From Blastocystis sp. Blastoise (lineage: Eukaryota > Protista > Bigyra: Opalinata): a DNA stretch of 64,000 nucleotides. Position numbers and translations under genes: made by a program. The stretch spans positions 682,001 through 746,000 of the forward strand of contig JBBPEB010000014.1 in NCBI GenBank assembly GCA_039096225.1, read 5' to 3'. The stretch's first letter is position 1. Every line of letters begins with the position of its first letter. The notes beneath the pieces are model-generated. The model saw only the letters and a program-made list of their open reading frames with translations, was not told the DNA's origin and made no database searches. Positions 29,931 through 45,300 of the stretch are shown here, piece by piece.

Positions 29931-30097
29931 AATTTATATTGAAATCAACACGATTCTAAAGAAAACAATTTTATCTAACAAAACTACGAAAAAAATTTTT
30001 TTTTTATTCACCGATAATCACGAAAATTTCTAAAACTGTACATATTTTTTTTATGTTTCCCAGTTTTTTTTTATATTATGTTCTTTTTGATATTTAT

Positions 30098-32789
30098 TCA
30101 CTCTCTCATTTCTTCTTTTGAATGAAAAGTATTGATATGTTTTCTTAAATAATCATTTCGTATAGCTGCATAAGAACAACCTGGATATGTGCATTTATAT
30201 GGTTTTTCACCTGTATGAGTTCGAAGATGTCTTTGTAGATTAGTATTTGTTGTAGCTGCATACGAACAGCCTGAATATGTGCATTTATATGGTTTTTCAC
30301 CTGTATGAGTTCGAAGATGTGTTTGCAAATGATCATTTGTTGTAGCTGCATACGAACAGCCTGGATACGTACATTTATATGGTTTTTCACCTGTATGAGT
30401 TCGAAGATGTGTTTGTAAATGACTATTTGTTGTAGTTGCATAAGAACAACCTGGATATGTGCATTTAAATTTTGCGTTCTTTCTATGATCTTGAATATGT
30501 AGATCATATTCTTCTTTATTCTCAGTTTTATAATTACAGTCTTTATATATACATCGATATTCTCCTAAATGAATCGTTTCATTCTTTTCAATCTACAAAT
30601 ATATATCATATTAAATATTATTCCTTATATAATATATATACATATTGGTAATTGTTTTGCACATGATTTAGTTTCTTAGTTTTCTGTCGTTGATGAATAA
30701 TGGGTATAGATATATGATTTATATTCTCTTCATCATCAGTGACTAAATCTGATAAATAAGAAGATTCAGAATCACTTATAACTGTATTTATTTCAACTTC
30801 ACTTGATTCATTATCAGATTCTTCAACTTCATCAGAATCACTACTTCCATAATCATCTTTTTTTATAGCTGATAATTTTGACTCTGCTTTTTTTCTACTA
30901 TTTCGTAACAAACGAGTTTTTACACCATTTTCTGTATTATCTATATGACTCCATATTTCCTAAATAACAATAACATATTTTAAATAACATATATAGTTTT
31001 TATATTTTAATACTATAAAAATACCAATCCTTTTTCTGTATATTCTTTTTCAATCAACTTTTCATATTTCTGTTTTCCCTTCTTATATGCTTTCTCTAAT
31101 AACCTTGAGTTATATTCAATTCCTTTCTTATCTTCATACTCACTATACATATATATATTTAGTTATATATATATACCTTAAACCTCTAGATAATGTAAAG
31201 AACTTTAGTAATTCTATATATATAATAAATTGAAAATATAAATATGCATATATATATATATACCTTCATTTGTGTTTAATTCGTTATTTATAATCATTCG
31301 ATTCATTTCCTCTTCTATTGTATATATATATTTATACATATATATAATATACCTGCTTCTAGAGATGGAAGAATATTTGGAACACAAAATAAAGTATAAA
31401 CTATACAATATATATATGAATAATATATATATATATATGTAGAATACAGTCTTTATCGATCATGCTCATTAGTATTCTTTCTTCTCTCTGATTAGGTATA
31501 GATATTCTCTAATTATTATTATTATTATATACATATATATATAGTGAATAAGAAAAATACTTCATATTCTGGATAACTTGTTTCCTATAGAATATAAATA
31601 TAACAGATTATTTAAATAGATTTATATACATAAAAGTTTTGTATAAGATTTTTTGTATCTATAAAGTAAATTGAATTTATATATTTATATTATTTTTATT
31701 CTATAGAATAAAGAATATAAATAGATCATACATTCATAAGCTTCTTTCTTATATTCCTCTGGATATCGTTCCTTCATGCATCTAATTATATATATATATA
31801 AAACTATTCCATTTATCAAAAATAACTATATATATACTTCACACAATTGCATTCTTTCTCTTCAAATTTATGTCCGTTTATATATCTATATAATAATAAT
31901 AGAAAAATAAATTCATAGTATACCCTGGAACAAAATTTAATTTCTTTATATCAATTAATTGTCTTTTACAGTTATTATTACAATAATACATCTTCTTATC
32001 ATTAGTATCAACTTGATTTTTATCATTTATTTGTGGTATTTCAGATATCAAAGTCGCATTAGAATCTATAGAATCAATATATTCAGATTTTTATGCATAT
32101 AAATATTACCTATCAAGGCATTTTCTTCTTGAATATCTCGACTATAAAGAATATCAACAATATTATTAATTTTAAATATCGTACTTTATTCTTTGATAAA
32201 AACGTTCTCTTAACATAATTAAGTGCTACATATAATAAGTATAACTAATTTATTATGGTATATAATAATTACTTGACAACCACGCAAACACATATTTGAA
32301 TCACACATGTGCTATAATAATATTAATATTTAATTCCAAAACATTAACTGTGTATACCTGAAGACAAGTGAGTCCAACAGAAACAGGAGTATTCTAGATT
32401 TTAGATGATAAATGAAGAATTCAAATGAATATACTCGTGTTACCAATTCGTCAAATAACTATAGAATTATTTTCAATTGAATATATATATGCATACACAA
32501 TCTCTCAACAGATATTTCCATGACAATTGCTTTGTTTCAATTGCATGAATCTAAATAAAATAGTACTGATTTGTTTCGAAAACGTACAATAAACTCTTTA
32601 AATTTAGGATGAATTAAGGTCAATTGTTGACCAAGTACAGTTCTTTCTTTCCAATATTCATAATATAATGAATCCTTATATTCTGTTGGAAATTCAACAT
32701 TAGGTTTTTCTTCCAAAAACTCTTTTGTTCTACATATTTATTGTTATAGATATCTAAATATACTTGAAGACACTTCCTTGACAAGCCAT
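30098..32789 (-). CDS. C2H2 zinc-finger protein with Cys-rich, many-exon N-terminal region
   Basis: The last exon has one divergent finger plus four tandem CTYPGCSYA...HLRTHTGEKPY fingers. The upstream short exons splice in frame (GT-AG) from ATG 32789. Stop is TGA. Confidence 0.8.
30150..30470 (-). repeat. 90-bp tandem coding repeat (zinc-finger array)
   Basis: Near-identical units catttatatggtttttcacctgtatgagttcgaagatgt at 90-bp spacing. Confidence 0.9.
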
Positions 32790-32996
32790 TCTTATTGCAT
32801 AATAAATAAAAATAACGAAGAACAAAACAAAAATGTAAAAAACAACTAAACCACAAATTTTCGAAAAGTTGACGATATATAGATGACCCAATTAAAATGA
32901 ACACATAGATCACTATCCACAAATTAGTTAAACCAATAAAAAGAGAAAGAAATAGAATAAAAGAAATTATTTCAAAATCATAATGGATTGGATCAT

Positions 32997-33570
32997 TTAA
33001 ATACCATTAGTTGTAAGAAGTTTCACAATAGCTTCTACAATGTAATGGAACATATATACATTATTCTGAGGATTCTTATATTTGTCTAGTAACTTTATAT
33101 CAAGTTGTTCAAGAAGACGTTTGATAAGAACAGAAACACGAGGAGGAGAATGTAAACGAATCCATCCATCGATCATAATAGTTTGTTTATCATATTGAAC
33201 ATCAACATTTCCACCAAATAAAAGTAATGTATATGTATTAATACTAGAAATATCATGAAGATATAATTTAGATGTATTCACTAAATTATGGTAAAGTAAT
33301 TAAAGAATATATATATATATATATATATTCTTCATATTCAAAATATTAAAAAATAAACAGATAATAATAATAATAAAGAGTATTTTAAAAGATATATAAA
33401 CAAGGAACGGATAGGGATAAACAGTTTCTGAGAAATTTGATGATGACGGATGTATATACACACGTGTTGTCATTTTTGAAAGAGGAGTCAATCCATCTTT
33501 AGAAATATATATATATATATAGATATATATAAATAATAACTGATATAACTACTGTAATCGATAAAGAATT

Positions 33571-33608
<38 letters not shown>

Positions 33609-36600
33609 TATCTTCATCAGAAGAATCTGTAGGAATATCTTTTGTTGTTTTAATAAGATATTTGAGTTCTTGAACACGTGCGTTCTTTTCTACAACACCA
33701 GAAGATGACGAGTAAAAAAATAATAAAGGAAAGATAGAAATATTTAATAATATTATATGATTATAATCATAATATAATATTTATAAACATATATATAAAG
33801 GATATTTGAAATTTAGGTTTTGGTTTCTTTAATAATACAATATTTGGATATAATCCTAAAATGAATAAATAGTAGTATATATATATAAAGAAAATGAATA
33901 ATAGGAAAATTAGAATATGTGTATACCAGCAGAGAGAACTCCTTTTATTACTCCATCCTCATGGGAATATGCATTAAATGTATTGTTTTCTGATTTATAA
34001 TCGCGGGGGAGGAAATTAATGGATTGAAGTGCAGTTATATAATCTTGTCGAAGGTAAAGAATTAAGGAATACATATAGTAAAATTATGATATATATAGTA
34101 AAATTATGATATATATAGTAAAATTATGATATCTATATATATTAGGATATAGAAACAATCATATTCATGGATTCTCTTGATAAAAACAAATCTCTACAGA
34201 ACTGTCTCTTATTTGTACTTTGTATATATGCGTTATATATATTAACAAATGTCATATGATCACTAAAACGATGCGCATATTTTTGTTTTTGTATTTTGGC
34301 ATCTTCAAAATGTTCTATTGGAATTCGAAAAGGACTTCGAATCGAAAGATATGAAGCAATGGTTAACATCTATATAGATTAATATATTGTGTTTTCTAAA
34401 ACATTGATTATAAGACAAAAAAATAGATTATGAACGCAAATAAAATCTTTAAAAAATATTTAATTAACTCAATATTATTCATAAAAATATTATTAACTAC
34501 TATATATATATATAAGCTTACAGGTTCAATACAGGAGAAGATACATCCAAAAACAAGTATTTTTGCCAAACGTGGTTGAAGAGGAAGTGTAGATAAATTG
34601 AGTCCAAGAGGAGTTAAGGAATAATGAGAACCATCTATATATATATATTATTATTATTATAGAATAGATTGTTGTAACATCAATAATACTTTAATAAATA
34701 ATTGTCACATCAATAATACTTTAATAAATGTAATTAGTATAATAATAGTATAGTTAATAATAATATATACCTCTTTGAACAGCCTTAATAGTCTCAAGCA
34801 TATCTAGAGTCTCTCTTATAGCATCTTCTTGAGGAGGTTCAATAAATGTAGACATAAATGTGAATATATCTTTATAACCAAGGTATAATACTTGCATTAA
34901 TACACTATCAATAGATATTCGTTGTATCTCTGGAATATTATATTTCTCCATCGAGTCGAACATCGATTGGGGATAAAGACGATATATATATCCATCACAA
35001 ACTCTTCCTGCACGACCTTTTCTCTATAGAATACCATATAATAATAATAGAATATAAACATAGAATAATCATGATAAATAGAAAAAGTATAGTGATATAA
35101 TAATATGATAAAAAAAGAAGAAGAACTCCTGTTTTAATATGTATCTAAAACTACTTACCTGATTGGCTGATGCTTGGGATATCCAATGATTCTTCAGCTC
35201 TGAAATCTTTGTATATACATTATATCTCATTTGCTTCTCTATACCTATATCAATAACATAAACACATTGAGGAATTGTAATTGATGTCTCAGCAATATTG
35301 GTAGCTAAAACAACCTAAAATACATAGATATAGATAAACAAAAAAATAACATAAACATAATCATTACATTCAAAATAATAATAATAAATATAATAATAAT
35401 AATAGATAATTATATAATTCAATATACTCTATATGTTTTATTGGGTATTTCCGTAAAAAGCTGTTTCTGTTCATCATTTGTACAACCTCCATGACACATT
35501 AATACTTGAATATTCTTACTGGATAATGCTGAATCGCTCTGAATATACGAAGTTAAGTCTTCTTTAACGGTACGAATCTCTGCGACACCAGGGAGAAATA
35601 CTAATATACTCTTATTAATAGACTTTTCATACTAAATAAATAAATTTCATATATAAAGATTTAAAGAAATTTCAATGATAATAATAGATATAATAACACT
35701 TAATAATAGCAAATAAATAAAATAAATTGAAAAAATATTAAACATTAATTCATATAAATACAATGTATTCATTAAAAATAAATTATATGAAAAACAATAT
35801 CTTTAAAAATAAGTTATGTATACTCTATATATATAGATAATTCTTAATATACCTGTATAATATAAGCAATAGTAGATGTAACCATAGCATAATCGATATA
35901 TTTACAACTCCAGTTAAAAAGAATATCTGATTTCTTCTGAATACCTCTATTACGTTCATCTTCCATTAAATCTATATCCTCATCCAATTTATTTGGAGGA
36001 ATATACCTAGAGATTCATCATATATACATTATTGTTATGAAATATTATTTTATGAAATATTATTTTATGAAATATATCTCTTATAAATATTACTTTCAAC
36101 ATATGTATAAAACATTTAAAAAAACAGTTACAATAAATAAAGATTCATTATAATCCAATAAGATTATTTCAATCCATAGACAATAAAACTATCTATATAT
36201 ATATACTTTGTTTTCATAAGAATATCATCCAGATAAAACTGCTGAACTGGATACATTCTCCCGGGAATATAAAGAGCGGGACAATTAAAGAAATAGGAGC
36301 TAAACATCTTTTCATTAAATGTAGCAGACATAATAATGATCTATATATAATATAATAAACACTATGTCTATGAAGTGACATTGATACATAATCATACATA
36401 TAGACTATATACAATACAACTATGTCTATATATAAAGATACTTTAATATGTTTATTCTTTACAAGTACTTGTTTGAGAATAGCCAATAGGAAATCACTTT
36501 CTACGCTACGTTCATGAACCTCATCGATGACGATGTGTGTGTAGCGATTAATTAATGGATCACTATTTATATATCGTAACAATACACCAATTGTACAATA

Positions 36601-38829
36601 GATCAAATGAGTATTCTTAGAAACACTGTATATAGATATATAGATATTACAAATAGATTTTCAATATAATATAGTACAGAATAATAGATGATATAATAGG
36701 ATCTATTAAATAGACATATATATAAAGATAATCAATACTATGTAGAATAAGTAAATAGATAAAGAATAGTATACCATTTTTCTCCTCGAACACTATATCC
36801 ACAGATCCCCCCGCAACTGTCTCCAATCTCCTCGCTGACTCGAAGGCCAAGCCCCATAGCAGCAATACGTCGTGGCTGAGTACAAATGACACGCGTTCTG
36901 TCAAGCATACCGGATGATGACGCATCTTCTAAAATGTATTGTGGAATCTATATATAGAATATTATATAGACTGTTTAATAAACTGACAAATAAAAAGTAA
37001 AAGATTATACAAAAAATAAAAACTTTTCAAGATAATGAAATAATTTAAAAATTTTCATAGATTAATAAAACTATTATATAATACTATATAATATTATATA
37101 TTATTATATATACTTGAGTACTTTTACCAGATCCTGTTTCTCCAGAAATAAGTACATATTGATTCTTATGAAGAATATCTAAGAAAGTGTCACGTTGTTT
37201 ATATACAGGAAGAGATTGGCGGGTTGATTGGAGGGAAACAGGAGGGGTTGGAAGATGTTCGACCTTGATAGAATATAATAATAAGTAGAATGATAATATG
37301 TATAATAATAAATAATAACAAAATAGATATTATAGTAATAATAAGAATAATAATAAATAATAGAATATTTAATTTATATAATAATAGCAATAAGTAGAAT
37401 AATAAACAAATATAAATATATTAAATAAAAGTATAAATATAAAATAAAATAATAAATACACTTACAATAATATCCTTTATTATGTTACTTGTAAAAGGAT
37501 CATCAATTGAAGATTGTTCAGATTGTGTCGAATTCCCGTAATTATTTCTCTTTCCATTTCGTTGATTACTATATTTTCCTTGTTTATTAGGTTTTTGTTC
37601 TTCTTCAATTTCCCCATGAATAAACTTAAGATATCGTGAATATATATTATATATATTAATAGGAGGAATAAGATCTTTTGGATGTATATAGGATGAAATG
37701 TTCTCTTGAATATATAATACTAAATCATAAAGAATAGGTGCATTCTTATTATTAGTCCACTATAAATAAATAACAATAAAAAAAAATGAAATTATTGAAT
37801 AAAAAGGAATGAGAAGATGATAGCATACATATTCTAAGGAATATTCATTGTGATTTAGCATATATAATTATAAAAATATATAATAAATCATTTATAGTAA
37901 GAATAATAATATATAATAAATAGTATTTATATTAAGAATAACAATATATAATAGATGACACACGTATTAGTAATAAATTTCATAATAAACAACAGATATC
38001 ATATTGACATACATATGTATAAAGTAAATATGTAAAAAACAGTTGAAAAGATGCAGAAAGAAGAGGAGTTTGTACGAAACATAATGGGGGATTGGCGGGA
38101 TAGGAATAGGAGGGATGAACAAAGAACTATAGAGACATGTATTTAAAAGCATATAGAAGAATGTATAAAATAAGAAAGACAATAATCTAAACAATAGATA
38201 AATATACAATAAACTTGATAATATTATTGTCATCATAATTAATATTAATATTAATTTCTAATAAGTGATTTGGATGTTTAAACACAGTCATTGGAACACA
38301 ATTATCATCAGTAAGATTCTCATTAGATGGACATTCAGGAATATTATTCCAGTCAGAGAGATCTCCTTCATAACCATATATAGACGCTAATGTTTCTAAT
38401 TCTTCGTAAACAGCTGCTGTAGACTCATTAGCTACTATATATATATTAAGTCATTAAATATAAAGAAAAGAAATGCATAGAAAAGAAATGTATATATAAT
38501 ATGTAATATAAATAAATCAATATACAAGGTAAATCATGTTTTGTGGCAGCATAAATAAGTGATTTATAAAGAAGAGTAATTGATTCATAGAGATCATTAT
38601 TTGTATCTTTAAGACTATAAAGTGATGTATATTTAATACAAAGAATATAAATAGATATAATTAGTTTTTGAATATGATACTAGTAACGTATATAATTATA
38701 CTTATAATATGTAGTATTTATAATAATAATAAATGGTATATATAAATATACACTTGGCTAACATCAATCTTAGAGAATCCGTAGGATGTCAATAAATGCT
38801 TCGGAGATCGAGTATGTAAATCAGCCATC

Positions 38830-38862
<33 letters not shown>

Positions 38863-41114
38863 TGATATAGTTATGAATAAAAATAGATATAGACATAGAT
38901 ATAAAAAATATAGTTATATAAATATATATATAATTGTGAATAAATATACATATATTATATTTGTAAGCATAGAGATAAGAGAATAATTATATATATATCT
39001 ATAAATACGGAGAGTTGTTTATTTAAAGAGGAGAAAGCTGGAGGTAATTCTTTATCTGGTAAATAAACGCATAGCCAGTCATAGCAATTAGAAAGAATAG
39101 GAGGACAATACTAGAGAATATAAATGAATATAGAAATAGAGAGAAATAATTAATTATAAAGAAAATAAATAACTTTTAAAACATATAAAAATATTTTTAT
39201 AAAATAAAAACAAAACAAAATAAGGATTTATTTTTATAATGTAAATAGAAAAATATTTAAAGAATATACATAAAAAATGGAGATAGAAAAAAACATACTT
39301 TTTGGCATTGTTGAATATGTAAATCTGTGAATCCATCTTTTCTTAATCTTGTCTGTATTTCTATTCCGGAAGAACTGTTCCACTTATCATTTACTAGAGA
39401 ATAAAGAGAATAAAGAGAATAAAGAGAATAAAAAGAATAAAGAGAATGTTTAAAAAGAATAGTATAAAAAGAATAGTATAAAAAGAATAGTATAAAAAGA
39501 AATCAAAAAATAATAATAATAAATAATATATAATAAATAATAATTAATAGTAAATATATAATAAAAATACATTCATAAGGAATAGTACTGGTTTCAGATT
39601 GTAGAATATGTTCAATACATTCTTGATTCTCTTCACTTAAATATACATCAATAGTATCATCTAATAATTTACGTACACTCTTCTTATTCTCATATTGACG
39701 TCTATAGTATATATATACTAAACTTAATTATACTCAAAATAAATATATATATATATTGAGTTTAAAAAATAGATACAATATATATATATATATATATCAT
39801 GATAGCAACAGGAATATACTGTTTGATATCTTTTTGAAGATAATGTTGTTTTTGGTCATATTTGGTAATATATGTATTCTTTAATGTTACTGTTTTAGAT
39901 ACTGGAGGACTTAATGGAGAAACTGGAGAAACTGGAGAAACTTTAGATGTAATTGATTGAGTGATTTTAGAATTTATATTCTTTGAATCTGATATAGTAG
40001 GAGTAATAGAAGACTTTATAGTATTTGGGGTAGGAGTAATAGGAGTAACAGGAGTAACAGGAGTAATAGGAGTAATAGGAGTAACAGGTGATGTTGGAGT
40101 AGTGGGATGTTCTTTCTTTATATGCATATCTAAACTATATATACATAATAATTATACTATATTTTTTAAATAATATATATATGTACGCAAATTGTTTATC
40201 AAATGATTTATTACAGAAAGAGCATAATAAAGAAGGTTTCTTATCATTTTTGGTTTCTTTGTCATTATTTATGGATGAACCCTTGCTATTAGAGGACGTC
40301 ATATTGATCCATGTTGTCTTGTAACTAGAAATATATATAATACTCATTATATACATATAAGTAATGAAGATAAAATATATCATATAATTTGTATATAAAT
40401 ATATCATAATAATGTATATAAATATATCATAATAATGTATATAAATATATCATAATAATGTATATAAATATATCACATATAAATATATTATAATAACTAT
40501 ATATATATACGGTTCAGGGAGTAATCGTTCATAGGGTGTCTTAGGTTCTAAAGTATACATAGCTAATAAACATACATAATGTTTAGCTTCTGTTTCATCA
40601 TCATAACTCTATGTATGGTGAGTGTTTAGACAATAAATTCATATTATAACGGTAAATATTCTGTACAATTAAAAAAAAACTAACATATAATATACTTCTT
40701 CGACCTTATAAACGAGATCTTTATCATGGTTTTTCATATCAGGAAGGATCAATTTAAACTTGTACTTTCCATGAGCTGCTTGATCTTTACAATATATAGG
40801 TTTCGGTCGTTTATTCTTTTGGCAATATTGTTGAATGATTTGTAATGGAGTTCTTTGCCACTCTTGAATAACTATACCAGCTTGTACTCTCTATGAACTC
40901 ATAAATTACATAAGTATAAACACAATATACAGGTCCTTTTGATGACACAACAGCTCCAGCACCTGTTTGCTTATGACCTTTGGCTTTTTTGGCCTATACA
41001 AAATATTTCAAAACTCAAAAAATACAAACAAACCTGAGTTTCTTTCGAATTCTGATTCACTGTAGTAGATGGTTTTGTTTCTTGTTTTTCTTTTCCTTTG
41101 TCTGGTTTACCCAT
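32997..41114 (-). CDS. DHX57: DEAH/RHA RNA helicase, DHX57/DHX29-like (UBA, RWD, helicase, HA2, OB)
   Basis: GETGSGKSTQ, CTQPRRIAA, VIDEVHERS, MSAT, FLPG, ATNIAETSITI, QRKGRAGRV, LTPLG, SDHMT, IHPSS. N-terminal DWLCVYLP (UBA-like) and EELETLASIY/YPANPP (RWD). Includes three AT-AC introns. Confidence 0.9.
33291..33395 (-). other. U12-type AT-AC intron
   Basis: 5' ATATCTTTT, branch TTCTTTAAT, 3' TTTAC. Removal joins PFLVY-HNLVNTSKLYLHD in frame. Confidence 0.85.
33712..33805 (-). other. U12-type AT-AC intron
   Basis: 5' ATATCCTTT, branch TTCCTTTAT, 3' TTTAC. Removal joins KPKPKFQ-SSSGVVEK in frame. Confidence 0.88.
34054..34150 (-). other. U12-type AT-AC intron
   Basis: 5' ATATCCT, branch TTCCTTAAT, 3' TTTAC. 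Removal joins SMNMIVS-LRQDYITAL in frame. Contains a 20-bp tandem repeat. Confidence 0.9.
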
Positions 41115-41414
41115 CTCACTTAATACTTGAATTAATATATCTAATTAATAATAAATAGATAAATCTAGAATTATTGATGAATCAATTGTTTTGTGACTTA
41201 CTGATTTTATTTCAGACCAAAACTGATTTCTAGACATGCTATTTACTATTTTTCGTTTTTTCAGAGATTTTCAATATATACCTGAAAAAAAGGATTTGTG
41301 TTTTGTCTGAAAACAATTAAACCAGTTTCAGTTTCTTCTTCAGAATGTTTAACTTTTATAAAACACATAAACCTTTTCTTATAATTTAATTAAAACTTTG
41401 TCTTTAAAGAAATC

Positions 41415-41885
41415 ATGAGCCCTGTTAAGTTGCCTACTGTGAAATCCATCGATGTGGGTGAAGTTACTGAAGATTCTATAGAATTATTCTTTAAACCTGT
41501 CGAACATGCCATTGGATATGATGTATATTACAGAGATATTATCGAAGGAAGTTGGGAAGATGCAAAAATGATCAATATTGATTCAAAGGAGAGATCTGTT
41601 GTGATCACTGGATTATATCCCACAGCAACTTTTGAAATTAAGATTATTGCTAAAGGAGACATGGAACAATATGGTATGTTTTTCTTGTTTCACTCATAAT
41701 CCTTATATATTTGAATAACTTTTTTCTATTCCATTATGAATGAAATATGAATAATTTACTTTTTAGAATAGTATTTTATTATATATATATATCTAGAAGA
41801 TTCAGATGAAAGTGAGATTATTGATGTAGATACATTAGTTGGAGGTTGTACACCTAAAGAAAAATCTTGTTGTAGTATTATGTAA
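41415..41885 (+). CDS. Small fibronectin type III domain protein with C-terminal CaaX box
   Basis: VTEDSIELFF..GYDVYYR..VVITGLYPTATFEIKIIA is an FN3 pattern. The second exon ends GCTPKEKSCCSIM*. Confidence 0.8.
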
Positions 41886-42379
41886 AATATACTTTATAAG
41901 ATAAATCCATCTATGTATATTTTTTTATTAGTGAAATATTTAGATATATATATATCGTAGAGGTTGCTATTTTAAATATATAAAAAATGCATTGAATAGT
42001 TTTTGTCTAAAGATATGTATCATCAGTTGTGTATATTGATGTTTATATCCATTTTGCTTTGTTTACCTATTTTTTAGAATATAAATATCTATTTTTATGA
42101 ATCATAACTTGAATGTTTTTTCATGATATGATTATTATATTTATATATATTAAAAACATATATTTCTGTTATATAATAATCATAAACAGTTACTTATCTT
42201 GAATACATAGAAAACGTAAACAAATACATGAATTTTAATATATCCAAAAAGCAACATGAAATTGAATTATACTTTATAATTATGAATAAAGATATATAGA
42301 TAACAAAGAAGAAAAAAGCAGTTAATATTAAATATGAATGGCAAAAAACTATTTAAATAGTATTATAGATGTTAAATGA

Positions 42380-45300
42380 TTATATTTGAAGTGGTTCTTT
42401 GACATTAATTTGAGATTCCTTTATAGTGGAAACAGTATGCATTCTTAAGACACGAATTTCTTCCCTATATAAGTAATATATAGTATACTATTCATGAAAT
42501 GAGTATAAATTAAGATATATAATACACTAATAAATATTCTATATATATAAAACATACTTTCTCTTACGATCAATCTTTCTACTAATAAGGATAACAATGA
42601 TAATAGCAATTACTAATAAGATAGAAGCTGAAGAGCCAATAATTAATATAATGCTTGTACAATGATCTTCAGTTTCTCCCCAAACGATATTATTCTTATA
42701 ATCTAATTCACAAGGTCGTTTTCGTTCACCAACATATCCCATGCCACAAGAGACAGTAGTCGTAGTAAACAAGGTAGTTTGAGGATATTCATCGACAGGA
42801 TAACAAGATCCTTGAATTATTTGTAATGATAATTTTGTAGAAGTAGACGATTTATCATTAGATCCAGTTATAGTATATATAATTGTACCATTTGTAGGAA
42901 TAGTAGGAATGCCAGATATAGTACCTTTTTCAGTATCGAATACTAAGCCATTAGGAAGAACTATAAATATAGTTAAGAAATAGAACGAAATATAGTTGTT
43001 TAATTATATAGATAGAACTTATATTAAGAGTAATAAGAAATTATGATAATATGAGTAAGAATATATTTATTTATATATATATTTAGATACCTGGAGATAT
43101 TTCAAATCGTTGAATAATATTTCTATAAGAAGGAGTAAGATCTGTAATAGGAGAATAAGTAAAGAATTGATAAATTGAATCTGGATAATGTAATTCTAAA
43201 GGAGGTAAATAAGTGCAATGACTATTATCAATTTCTTCAAATACTAATCCATCACACTCTCTCATTTGATATCCTTGATAACCAGGATTACATGGTTTAT
43301 AACTATATATATTCTCACCTACAGAAGGGAAAGAGTCGATAGAAGGACACATAGTGGTTTGATAATTACTATATGCAAAAGCTAAATCAGAAATAATAAT
43401 TGAATTGCTATTTGAAGGTGTATTTTTGAATGTCAACTGAATATAACGTAATCGAAGAACACCCATTGGAACATCAATCCATAAAGTATTCGATTTATCA
43501 ACAACAATCTGATACTATATAGATTAATCATATAAGAATTGAAAAAAAAATTATTCATAAATGTATTATATAATAATTTTTTTATAAATAATAAAAAAAA
43601 TATATACAAAAGAATGATAATACTTTATAAATATAAATATATATACATCATAAAGAAGTGTTATGAATTCAGCGTTATCTGATTCTCTTCCATATATAGA
43701 TAGAGATGTAGGTATATTAGTATTCCATAATTGAAGAGATATACTATTAAATAGAGGTGCTTGTTCATCATTAAATACAATATCTATAATACCATCTGAT
43801 GTGAATTCAGTATATGTATAATAATCGAAGTCAAATAAATTCGTTAAAGGATGATCTGGAACCATAGCACTTGGAGAAGAATAAGTAAATGAATTAATAA
43901 AACGAGTCTTTTGACCATAAGTATAAGCAGAATCCATATAGAATTCAGTAGTTCTAAAAGGATTATTAGAATATAATTGAATACCTATAATATTATCTGT
44001 TGTCTTTAACAATGCATTCTGTAAGAAGAATGTAAATGAGTGAGTAGTAAGAGAAAGATCTGTTGAAGTATATTCATATACAACTACTTTATTTATATAT
44101 ACTGTAACAGATCCTTGAGTAGTAAAATGAAAGTCTAATGAACTATGATCATTCATATTAGTTAAAGAAAACTATATAGAATGAATATTATGTTATATAA
44201 TGAAGATATTATGTTATATAATGAAGATATTATGTTATATAATGAAGATATTATGTTATATATTGAAGATATTATGTTACATAATTAGAGAATATGTTAT
44301 ATAATAAAAATAATAATAATAATAATTAATATCAAAAAACTTAGCATATAAATGATAATAAATAATAAAAATAAATAAAATAATTACCACTATTTTATAT
44401 TATAGCAAATGTATATATAAAAAATATATATAATAACGAAATATATGTATACATATGTTCTGAGGAGAATATATTTATGCCAGTCACCTTTAAGGACACC
44501 AGTACTAGTTTCATCCCATGATTTTATATCGAATTTCTTATTTAGCCAATCAATAGAGTTATCGTCACATGCATGATACTTCCAAACAGTAGCATATTTT
44601 TGTATAGGACTGTTCGCATCAATAATGATATCAACTCTCTTTGTGCCTTTATCCATAAGGCTACTTGTAGATACAGTACTTGCAGCATTATGAAGGGAAT
44701 AACCAACAGGGAAAGCAAATACTTCTTCTTTCTCTGTATATAGAGATAATAAGTAATAATCATCAGGAATACAAAGAGGATAAAGACGAGTCATAAGCAC
44801 AGGATCCGTCTTATTATAATAACTATACAAATACTCATTAAGAATAATAATATAATAATATAATAATATAATAATATATTAATAAATAATAATAAATAAT
44901 AAATAATAATAAATAATAATAAATAATAATAAATAATAATAATAAATAATAATAATAAAAAATAATAATAAATAATAACTTAAATAATAACAAATAATAA
45001 CTTAAATAATAATAATAAATATATCTAATCAACAAAAATAAAAGCATACCCGGTATACATATTACTAATAGCAAGTGAGAAGAATTCTTTTTCTCCAGTA
45101 CCCTCTTTTCCATGAGCAAGAGAGACAGTGAATTCACGAAGTGTATTAATAAAACGGATTTCAACAGAAAAAAGACTTCTCTTATCATAGCAATTCTCTA
45201 ATTTAATATTAATATCTTTAGATACTTTCTTATTATCAGGACCTATTGCCCAAATAGTAAATAGAGTTGTACCTGTATATTCAGTAGGAATACCTGTAAT

